From assembly GCA_004022145.1 (NCBI GenBank), contig RCNU01000002.1: 64,000 bases of DNA; one strand, 5' to 3'. The notes beneath the pieces are model-generated. The model was not told where the DNA came from, searched no databases, and was given only the letters and a program-made list of their open reading frames with translations. This document shows positions 39,256 to 50,462 of this stretch, piece after piece (positions within the stretch are counted from its first letter, which is position 1; each line of letters begins with the position of its first letter). This DNA comes from Paecilomyces variotii (taxonomy: Eukaryota). The translations under genes and the position numbers were made by a program.

Positions 39256-39940
39256 CTAGGAATTCCCCAGCGCCTGCAGAGCCTCACCAAGCGAGATAAC
39301 CTTAAGGCCCATCTTGGGTAGAAGCATGTCGAGCATCACATAAGTGAACTCTGCTGTTTGGTTGACCGGTAATTCCAGCACATTGTCCCTGATAACATAG
39401 ATCATGTAGTCCAGATCGAACAACCGATAGATGGTGGACATCACAACACCCGAAAGACTCAAGCCGGACTGTAACATTTAGATTACTAGAACAACGTTAG
39501 ACATGGAGGTAATTGTCACGTACGATGATAACAGTATTGATATTCCTCGCTTGTAGGATCTGTTCCAAGGCGTTGCCTATGCTAGCGCACCACCTTGTTT
39601 TCTCAACAACGATATCCTTTTCGTCTACTTTGAAATGATCGTCGATTTGCACTTCAGGAGAGGCCTTTGAGAGGTCTCCGTATGGAGCAATCAGCTTGGC
39701 AAATGGCGAGTTAGGCTTGACCTCAGGCTGGCCAGGGCTGAAGGAGAGGGTTGAGAAAACGGTAAGAGGACGAGGAAATGTCTGGTGTATAGCGTCGTTC
39801 CATTTTACGCAGTTCTCAATCAATGTCTGCCCTTCGGATGTATCTTTGACGGCGTTGATAAGTCCCGTCATCCAGTCCAAGTTGAGAATCGCATAGTTCT
39901 CCCCGAAGCTCAGGGAACTGCTGGTCACAGAGGCAGCCAT
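39256..39940 (-). CDS. Isochorismatase-family (cysteine hydrolase fold) protein
   Basis: Exon 1 39940-39524, intron 39523-39469, exon 2 39468-39256. Motifs AILNLDW, DIVVEKTRW, LQARNINTVIISGLSLSGVV, YVIRD. Confidence 0.85.
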
Positions 39941-40108
39941 AATGAGTAAGAGACGCTTGGAGTTACCGAGTAGAGGCAAGAAAACTAAGCGGTAGAGTGG
40001 ATGTATTAATTTTCAGATTAATCAGGATGGTCCATTGGAGCATTTAACAGCTCGCAAATTGAAAGAGTGTCCCCTGAAGATCTATAACTCAACTCCGAAC
40101 GCCGCTGG

Positions 40109-40118
40109 CGGAACTCCG
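40109..40118 (+). promoter_or_regulatory. CGGAACTCCG site in the divergent hydrolase/MFS promoter
   Basis: Exact copy of the 10-mer upstream of the transcription factor gene; extra AACTCCG half site at 40091. Confidence 0.55.
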
Positions 40119-40241
40119 ATTGCCACTCCTGCAATTCATGGTCCATATATTTCAGCATCCTCTGCCCTGTTCCGATCTGTTATTTTTCTTGAGAACCTTT
40201 AATACTAGACTCTAGCTATACAGAAGAGAGAAACGGACACA

Positions 40242-41857
40242 ATGTCTTCTACTTCTGATCCAAAACTTGCCGATGGCGACGCCGCGACGAATGCATCAAC
40301 AACACCGGAGAGAGATCGCACTCCCGAACCACCCTTCAGCATATTTGATAAAAGACAAAAATGGCTAATTATTATCATTGTCTCTACCGCTGCGACTTGT
40401 AAGTTTGCGAGCCATAAAGTAGTTTTACATAAAAAGTCTACCACGCTAACGTTCTGGAAATAGTCTCTGGTTTCGCATCAAACATCTATTTCCCTGCCTT
40501 ACCAACAATTGCAAACGACCTCAATGTCTCTATTGAACTTGTCAACCTTACTGTCACATCATATCTCATCTTCCAGGGCCTAGCGCCTAGTCTTTGGGGT
40601 CCAATTTCCGACGTGAAGGGACGTCGAACAGCATACATGGGCACATTTCTTGTGTTTTTTGGAGCATGCATTGGACTCGCAGAGACGAAAAACTACGCTA
40701 CTCTTATTGTTTTACGATGCCTTCAAAGTACAGGCAGTGCCAGTACGATTGCAATCGGGTCTGGTGTGATCGGTGACATTACCACTCGCGCAGAACGTGG
40801 AGGCTATATGGGAATCTTTCAAGCAGGGTTGCTTGTTCCTGTTGCCGTGGGCCCAGTGATTGGAGGTGCGATTTCTGGATCGTTGGGATGGAAAGCAATC
40901 TTTTGGTTCTTAACCATTTATAGTGGTATTTTTCTCTGCGTGCTTATTTTGATATTACCTGAGACACTCCGATCGATTGTCGCCAACGGAAGCCGGCTAC
41001 CATCGAATCCCTTGGTGAAATACCCGCTGAATACTTATCAGAAAACAACCAAAGTCGAGTGGCAGCAAGGACAGGATTCACCTCCCGCGGCGAAGAAGAC
41101 TATTGATCTTCTGGGTCCCTTCCGAATCCTCTTCAGCAAATACGCAACTCCTATTATCGCCTTTCTTGCTATCTATTATGCCGTCTGGCAGATGAGTATC
41201 ACTGCCATGTCGTCGCTTTTCCAAGACAAGTATGGCTTGACTGAGATCCAAATCTGTCTGACCTTCATCGCCAACGGCGTAGGATCGATGGTCGGAACGT
41301 TAGTGACGGGCAAGATCCTTGATATCGACTATCGCCGCGTCAAGGCCAGGTATGAGGCTTCATTTGACAACGAGCGACACAATGAGGTTTCTCGGGCCAG
41401 CTGTGATGATAACTTCCCTCTTGAAAAGGCGCGTCTTCGACTCGTGCCCATCTTCTCTATTCTACAGTGCCTATCTATCATTCTCTTCGGCTGGGCTATC
41501 CAATATCCTCACAAAGTGCACATTGCGGTCCCTATCGTCTCTACTTTCATTACAGGATGGACTGCTATCTCGACACAATCCCTTATCATGACCTACTTGG
41601 TGGATATTTTCCCCGATAGGAGTGCAGCAGCCAGTGCTAGTTTGAATCTTGCGAGATGTCTATTTGCCGCTGGTGGGACGAGTTTTATCATGCCCATGAT
41701 CAATGGCGTCGGTGTGGGAGTGGCCTTCACGATCTGTGCCGCTGTACAATTGGTGGCACTGATCGGTCCTACAGTTCAGTGGAAGTTTGCCGCTGGATGG
41801 AGAAGGAAAGAGAGGGAAGAGGGTGCATTGAGGGTCGAGGGAAAGAATTCTGCTTAG
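40242..41857 (+). CDS. MFS DHA1 transporter (Qdr/Aqr-like)
   Basis: Exon 1 40242-40398, intron 40399-40463, exon 2 to 41857. Motifs NIYFPALP, WGPISDVKGRR, IGDITTRAERG, LPETLRSIV, FPLEKARL. Confidence 0.92.
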
Positions 41858-43361
41858 ACAGACTAATACGGCCACAGTCGCATCGTGCTCATGAACGACG
41901 GTCAATCCAGCCCAAACCTTCATGTAGCTTGGTTATATGGATCTACCCTGGGCTACAAGGTCAAGCCTTGTAGCGTTGGCATGCGTTGCACATCACTATC
42001 ACTCTAAAAGTCTTCGTTGAATATGCTTTTCCTGTGTAGTTATAACTACCAGGAGAAGGTGAATAGGGTAATAAAATATAGGTTAATTTCTAATAGACCA
42101 TCGGATAGAAAAACTATACGTGAATTATTCGGGCCTCTGTACTACGTAATCTGCATCGTACATTTTCCTCATAGAACCAGAGCTATTCGACATGAGTATC
42201 ATCAGCCTAGCCGGATGCGCACCAGGCTTTTCTTCATTTTCATGTGCACAATCTTTACGTACTCTATAATCACCGGCGAAGTGTGGAGCGGCTATGCAGG
42301 GGCATCGTTTCCATAATGATATCGGGTCCCTTGATTTTACAGCTGCATTTCCATCACACATTCTGCCTCGCCCAATTGATCAATACAAACTCGGAGAGCT
42401 GGCATAAGCAGTCCATACAAGAGACATTGTTGCTGGGTGGTAGCACAATTCTTTTGAAGCTCGTTCTATATGGCCGTGCCATCCACTGGATTGGTCTTTC
42501 CTTCATCAATAGTTTGTGTATTGAACCTAAAACGATGTTAATCAGAAATTCTGCTCAGAAAGAGTGGTACGACCTTCAAAAGGCGATAGTTAAAACAGCA
42601 TATTCGGTGTTTACTTCTCGTTTGTATATACATACCCCCACCAAAGCATTTCTCTGCAACTTGGTCACCACAACCCATAGGACCATAGGCTTCTCGCCCC
42701 TAAATTGATTAACAATGGCTAGTTAGGAAGAGCCTACCTTATACTCTTATCTCCTACTTGTCAATGTGATAAAATCCATTTCATTATTACATGCAATCAC
42801 ATGACTTATGTGCTATTGACGGAGTGCAACAACAAGAGAACAATAGCGGAATTTCACAATCTTGACCAGCTGCTGAAATCTTGAATAGAAATCAAACATC
42901 CAACTCAATAACTTTCCAGTCTCCCCTTTTCCTGGCGCTCCTTTCTCAGCCTCATATAATGTTCCCGTGTATACTATCCAATTTTGGTCTCTATCTGTGC
43001 TTCTATTGTCCCTATTTACCTACCATTCAATCATATATTCCAGAAATCTGCAAGTGCTACTAATATAGAGTTCAGACTAATGTCTCTATTGAACCTGGTA
43101 TTCAACACACAAGAGCAATCCCCATTGTTGTGGGTTTTACACAATTCTGTGTTATACATATAAATGGATATAAATACTTGGCTCTATCCCCTCAATCTAC
43201 TTCGGCTCTTGACTCTATCACCACAAAAGAAAGATCAAGCATACTTGCTCTATCTAAGCAGCTGCCTTTGCAATCGGAATACTTCAATCTACATCTGACC
43301 CAACGAGTCCTTTATATTCATTACCTACCACAAGCATCAACTTTCGCAAAGAAGAAAGAAA

Positions 43362-44138
43362 ATGTCTCTACCACCATATAGTACCATGGCGACCCAGCGC
43401 GCAGTGAATCACCGCTGGTTCCAGGACAGGATGGATGAACTACGAGACCAACTGAGAGGACTTTCCTCCAATGGTCGAGGAGCCATTCTCGAAGACCCAA
43501 GCATCTATCCACCTCCGCCCTATTCGCTTGCAGAGGAGACACTCAATGTACCAGAGCATGAAGAGCATGAAAACGAGACTCGTGCCCCCGTCCCAATCAC
43601 CATTCGCATTGACGTATCTACCAACATCATCGGACATGGGAATACGATTGTCATTCCTTCTCTCTCTGCTGGCGCTAGCAGTTCGAATTCCGAGTCCGGG
43701 GTTTCTCAACCGGATATAGAAGTCGCAGGAACGATGCCGACGAGCGTACAGCAAAAGAACCGGGCGAAAGTAACTGAACTCACTACTGCTATTATATCCG
43801 CTCTTCATTCCTCGGGTGTTTTGGACAATGGAACCAATGGTAGTAACCGCGGCTCTGTTGAGATCGATATCAAGGGGGGTATTACCATTCAGGGAAACAA
43901 GAACGTTGTATGCGGTAGCATTGCCGGGAGAAATGGCAGCGGGGACATTGCGCAGGCGGCAAAAGAGGTGGATAGGTTTGCGCACATTATCGAGAGGAAG
44001 AGAAGGGCTGTATCGGTATGTCTTGTCCTCTTAACATGTTAGTATGGGATATATTCTAATGGGATAATGTAGGAACCGGTCGAGATCCCGAGAGCGAAGA
44101 GATTCGGCTCTGGGCAGGGTAGAAGTCGTTCTGCATAA
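43362..44138 (+). CDS. Fungal hypothetical protein with PPxY motifs and two beta-rich pseudo-repeats
   Basis: TATAAATA near 43169, ATG 43362, intron 44016-44072 giving KRRAVSEP, stop 44138. Confidence 0.75.
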
Positions 44139-45326
44139 CGCATATTGGTATGAGTACAAATTCTGTATAATCATATCGTTCCAGATTGTGTTTTGAAGGA
44201 GGAGAGCAGGGGGGAAAGACCGGAATGTCCGGCTGATATCATTATCATTCGCCCGGAGCGAATTGACAAAAGTCAGATAGTTCAAATGAATTCATTCCCT
44301 CGAACGAGAAACGAGAAACGAGAGTCAAATGTATATACTTAATGCACATAAACATCTATATCACCAAGACCATAAAACCTACAACACAAACCCGTTCGAA
44401 TATAAAAGGAAATGCAATCTATAACTTCAGCCCCTACATATTCATTAGCTACCTAGTTAGGTAATTTTACATCCGTCCATACACATTTCTCTACCCATAT
44501 CTATAACTCGATTCCCTTCAACAAGGCATGGATCCCCTAGAAATATCCTTCCTCCCTTCACCTCTCTTAAACCTAGAAGAAACAAGAAAACAAAACCCAC
44601 GTTCCCAAACTTGGTTTCAGACCTTGATATCTCTTCTAGTGAGTGAGTGAGTTAGAATAAAACACATGGGGACCATGAAAATGACCACGATAATGGACTA
44701 AAGAAAAATAAACACAGCAACAACCCCGAAACCCTTGGACATCATTGATATTGCTTTTTTGGCGGAACCGGCTCATGTACGTCCACAGTTGCTTATTCTC
44801 TAACACCACAGCATGAGAAAAGCACAAGCAACAATCTGAGGAAGAAGAAGAGCACCAAGAAAAAGAAGTAATAAGCAGAATCAATGGAAATGATACCTTG
44901 TACAGTACAGGATGGTAATAGCAAGAAGAAGAAATTGAAAAAAAAGAAAGCGCCTTCCCACTATAAATCGGTCACCCAGACATAGACCTTGCGCCCAATA
45001 ATAACTAGAAGAAAATAGCAAAAAGCCCTGCTTTCCGATCTACCGCCTCAATGCCCGATAATATGATTTTAGGTGGATTTGTAGCCATTCATCACTTCCG
45101 GAGAATATCACGACCAGGTATCTGACATCAGAAAGCGCTCTCTCGTGATCAAAGTAGCTGAACAGCAACCCATGCCCCGGCAGATGTAGTGAAGTGTAGA
45201 ACAGCTGTAAGTGAGTGACTATCGGTGCCGCAGCACAATTTGACCGTATCTCAATAGCGACGCACGCATTGGAGCAACGGAAGCCTCACGGCACGTAACA
45301 AAATACCATAGTCCAAGGAACGTGGC

Positions 45327-47201
45327 TCATCGAACCAAGGGGACATCGTGACGATGTAAGTCTTTTGACCACTCCGGCGTAGTTCTATCTCGCTCGAAGA
45401 GGAGACCACAGTTATGACAGAGAGACTTTCGATAATTAGTCAATGTCTCGGACATTTTCAAGGGCCCACTTACTCTAGGACCTGCTGGACCATCTCGGAC
45501 CGCCCAGACGGACGTTCCCCAGACCATGCAGTTGGTACATCTCCAGGTGGATCGCTCCCTGTAAACTTGATTAGAATCACGAACAGATCGGAGTCACTGT
45601 AAAACATACCAGTCGGCGAGTGTACCACTACCACCGCCGTATCCAGCTCCGCTGCTGGTATCAGGAGTTCCGCGGCCACCAGGTGTTCCTCCTCTTGCCA
45701 ACGGACTGAGACTGCGGAATCGTCTCTTCCGCTTACTCCTCTCTCCTCTGCCCAGCGGTGTGTCGGGATCAGGGGCGTCGAAATAGCCACCGCCAATCTG
45801 CCTCGAAGTGTCAGGCGTGATACCAGCGGTCGACGAGAATCTTGCCGTTTCTCTCCGCAGACGTCTTATTTGCCGCTCCCTATCGCCTTCACGCTTTTCG
45901 ATCTCTTCTTTGGACAGAGTCTCAACCTTGGGCTCCCACTCATCTCCCAGGCCATCAGGATCATAGCGCCATCCGGCTTCAGCTCCGTTCGCGGCCTGGT
46001 TGTCAATCTCGTTGCCATAGCCACCTACTCCGCTGATGAGACCTCCACTCTCGCACACTTCCTTCTTCAATTTGAGCACAGCTTCGTAGATCCCATGTGA
46101 TATCGCGGAAACCCATTCTCCACCCAAACCAAGATCCGCACAGGTCACTTTCGCGAAGTCTTCCGCCATGCCCGGAGGATGAAGTAGGGACCACTCAAAC
46201 TTGTCTGTGTATAGCCTGTTTTGAAGATTGATGTTGAGGTTGATTACGCATCTGTAGGCATCGTCCGGGTTCAGTACGCTGTCATTGATAAGCGCCTCCT
46301 TCGTCACACCATTAGGTCGGTTCGAATTGCCCTGAACTGCGGTCACAGACACGTCCCTGGAAGGAGCAGCAGCATCTCCAGGCTTGTTTCCCGGTGTACT
46401 TTGGAACAGAGGATGCAGCGCAACACCTGCGTACTCCTCTAGCTGCTGTCGGATCTGAGTGCTAATCGCTGCGGTCATCGCTGGAGGATTGGGCAGATCC
46501 AAATCGCGAACGAATCCAGTCGCGAACTCCTCCGGCGTCGCAAGAGCCTCGTGAAGATTCCACAAGAAGGTGTCCTTTATCCGGTATGCCGGAGCTGGCT
46601 CTGGTCTTCTGTAACCTGGGAGGGTCGGGTTGATGCCCGGTTCAATGATTCCGCGGGGTAGTGGGAAAGGTTCTAGTGGCTGATGCGCTGGGACTTCGAG
46701 ATCGATACGGATGGGAATGAGGGTTAGAGGCAGCTGCGCTTGAATCTGCAACTGGTCTGCACATCTGGAAAGACGCAAAGAAGAAAAAAAAAGTGTTAGA
46801 AAGAACGAGCTGCGCAAGCCAAAAAAAAGCCCAATTCAAGGACGGAATAAAACATACGCTGGTCTCAACATCCTCTTGATCATCCAATCTCTGAAGATTC
46901 CTTGCACCTGAACAGGAGCATGGACTTCTTTCCCCACCTTTTCGCTCAAGGGAACCTTGTCCATGCTCGACTCGTCGCGGCGCAGACTTCTGAGACCTGT
47001 AGGTCTCCGGTGACCATCGCTATCGTCGAAATCATCGTCATCGAAGCCATCCTCCGCATAGTTGATAGCAGTTGTGCCACGTTTCGTTGTTCGTGACGGA
47101 GCCGCTTGCGTTGGAGGGATCACGGGCGTGAGCAGCGCATTCCCATATTGGCGCACTCGCGGCGGATATGAGCTGATATAACCTCGAACCGGCGACATCA
47201 T
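45327..47201 (-). CDS. SFH1: RSC complex subunit Sfh1 (SNF5 domain plus C-terminal GATA-like zinc finger)
   Basis: SNF5-type repeats (IKDTFLWNLHE...TPEEFA, YTDKFEWSLL...AEDFAKVTCADLGL), EREGDRER-like segment, and spliced CTNC...GPRSLCHNCG finger. Start codon approximate. Confidence 0.9.
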
Positions 47202-48042
47202 AGGCGCTTCGATCAGCCTCTCTCGCACATGACCTTGTTGAAAAGATTGACGAACTGTTGCGATCGGAACGAGGCGCCAGAAGCTTCAGTAGATGCGGAA
47301 GGGCGAAGCTTGGGTCGTGGCGGAGACGATTGCGAGGGCGCAAATGTTTTGTAATCGTTAATATACCCGGGCAACCTTAGAGATCCAGCTGATAGAGCGG
47401 AAATGCAGGAATATGGCGTTGGAGGTCGCGCTAAATGGTGTGTAGAATGGGCTTCACAGTGGTCTAGCTCCGCCTACTTAGCTGCTCTTTGGGGGTTTCC
47501 TCGTCCGCCGCGTTTTCTCTGCGATTGTCGCGCGCCTACGCAGTAGCATCACGTGACATGCGGTATGCCAGAGAGAGAACGCGAAAGGTGGAAAAATACT
47601 CAGTTACTCGAGTGCAGAAGGGGTTTTTCCAATATGAATGTATGTTTGATGATTTCTTCCTTAGGAGATAAAAGAAAGAATTTTCCAAGTGGTGTAATGC
47701 TAATAGTGTGGGCCAAACCAATAACCAAGCAACCCTACATAAGAAATCCAACTAGGTAGGTAGTATTAATACTATGTTTTTGCCAACTGAAGCTAGAAGT
47801 GACGCATCCATACTTACCATGACGCCTTTCTTTGCTGCCGTTAGATGCTTACTCGGGCACTGCAAAGGCCCGAAGGGGAAGAGAGAAGAAAGTATATCTT
47901 CAAACTCAGTGAAGATAGATAGAAACCAGAAAAGGCACGGAATCGCTGTCTCAGTGGTATAATTACAAGGGGATTCCAAAGAAAAAGATGCGCAATAGAA
48001 GAAGAAAAAAAAAAAAAAGAAGAAGAAGACCCAAGACCAGTG

Positions 48043-49657
48043 TTACCGCAGTCCAATAACGCTCTGTAAATGACATTAGCACAGGAACGGCAAGATAGCA
48101 AAAGAAGACACACCATTTCGAGCGTCCATACTCTCCGAATCCACACCTTCAACTTGCCCTCGATACCTTCAACGCCCTCTAGCTCCACTCCCTCCCACCA
48201 GCATCGTCTGGCTGGCTTCCGCCAGAATAGGAGAAGCTTCTGAGCCATTCCCAGGGTGTTATTGTTAGCCAGGTCACCTTTGATGTCAGTCCTGAGCTTG
48301 GCCAGTGCAAGACTGCAGATGACCGCTTTGTTGGGTTCGCCAGCTCGATGACCCCAGCGATCTTCATGATTAAAGCCACTACCACGAGTTAGATAATCAA
48401 AAATGAACTAATTCAAGCCTTCGCAAAGAACTCACCCCGCAGTCAACATTTCGATGAGATGTTGCTCAGTGCTGCCAGCCTCATCACTTTTCCTCAGACC
48501 AGAAAAGATTCCATCCTGTTTCAACAGGATCTTGGCTGCAGCACGCTTGACCTCGATCATCTCGGGGTGGTCAATTTCCGGTCGCGGAGGGATAACGTAG
48601 AAATCAAGGTCTTCACGAAGCACGATGATACCGGCTCTGTCCTGAAGCATATCTCTCGCAGAACCCTGCATCGAGTCCATCGACGCATCCAAGTCCGGCG
48701 ACATGTTCGGAGAAGGGGATGATGATGGAATCGATTGTGCCACCGAACGGAAGAAGTCCAGCATATACTGGAGGGATGCGGGGTCGTACTAAAGTAAAGG
48801 TCAGAGGAGCACGCTCAAAATTATCGAAAAGATATCCTGTAGATCCCAAGCGGGTAACTTACATCAACTGGGTATATGTCGCCTTCATGGAAAGTGCCCA
48901 TGTGGCCGTCCGGAAGTAGACCGTTCGGGAAAAGAGACAACAGGACAAACTCGGGGAGCGTTAATAACTCATCTCGGGAGAGTGTGAAGCGGGTTCCTCT
49001 AAAATCCCGGTAAGTCTATGTAGAAGGCATTTGCGATGGTACAATGGATTTACCGAAGGTCCAGCGTGATATGCTCATCGGCACTGATATCTACCAGAAC
49101 AGCCTATTAGTACGAACAATAACCAGATGATTTGGATCCTTCATACCCCCAAGAGTGTTGATCGGTGGCCCTCCCTGCTGCACCTGGGTGATGATGCTCG
49201 CGGCACCTCCAGCGGCTGCCATGACGTACGTAAATGATTCGATCGGACTGGATCCTTCTGTATAGGGTGGTGGTGGCTCTGCCTCCTCCGACTTCCCTGA
49301 TGATTCCTTTGTCCTTTCTTTACCCGCAGATAGGGCTGCTTTAGTGTCAGCAACGACTGGCGATGCAGGTGAACCCTCTGGGAGTTCTTCAAACGGAGGC
49401 GCTGGTGCAGTTGCTGAGATAGACGCTGAGGGGTATTCCGCTGTAACGGCGTCGAAGCAGTCGATATCCGAGTCGTGAGTCGAGTACAGAGAGGAGAACG
49501 GAGGTGGACCAGGAGACACCGCTTTCGAAGATGAGGGTCGCGAGTCTGGTGAGTCTAGCGGTGGATCTGTATAGGGAGCGTCCTCCTCAATGGAGTCGAT
49601 CGGAGGAGGTGGCCGCGCCGTGGCAGGCGAGCCGTGAGGACTGCGTGGATCCGACAA
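48043..49657 (-). CDS. WHI2: Whi2 growth-regulation protein (BTB-like); first in-frame ATG 49222, open frame from TTG 49657
   Basis: Spliced exons give LDLRGTRFTLSRDELLTLPEFVLLSLFPNG, IIVLREDLDFY, TEQHLIEML, KLLLFWRKPARRCWW, VWTLEMSVIGLR stop (48043). Confidence 0.87.
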
Positions 49658-50462
49658 GGCGAATACTAGTTATTGGATCGAATGTCGGTAGGGGGACGGA
49701 TGTACTCTAGGAGAGCGGTCATGCGAGAGTCTGGCAGCAATACTGAGCTTCCACCAGATCGACAATGATTGACGCTGTAACGATCGCAGTATGGAGATCG
49801 CAGAGGTGCTGGGTCATGTAACGCATGTGATCAGGGGCGGTCCCACTGTCGATAGCTCGCTCGAAGTTGCAGAAGGTGGACGTCTAGCGATCAGGAAAAC
49901 ATCTGTGGAATGCTGGCAGATCCAATAAAGCTCGCGGAGAAGAGTAGGATCGGGGTGAAGTCTGGGGACGGAGGTTGGCGTGATGGAGAGCGATGTGCAC
50001 TGGTGGTGAGGTCGCGGGCGTCTTAAGGTGGTCTAGCTAAGTACTCCGCCTCGGGTCCTGTGCTCCAATGCTACGCTCGGTGCTGTTACTTGCATTAGAT
50101 GGAGTGGTGGTCCCTCGTTGCGCTTCCTCGGCTGGAAAAATAGCAAGTACTCACTGTAGACGAGGATATATCTATTGTATATTGCATTGATGATCTGAAC
50201 AGGTTGCTACGTTTCTTGTTCGCAGCATGCATGGAGATGTATGTAGATGCACATAAAAGAGCGACCTCTCGAAAACCAAGCTTTAATCAACACTTAGGTC
50301 AACCAAGATGACCTGTTTCCCTATGATACCTTTTACATACGGCAAAACCTGATTTCAACAATGAAATTATAAGGATTTCTCCTTACTGTTTATCAATAGT
50401 CTTATATTTATTCTATGGTTCTTCCCTAAGTCTTCGGACAAAGCGAGACTAGTGTGTAGGCC

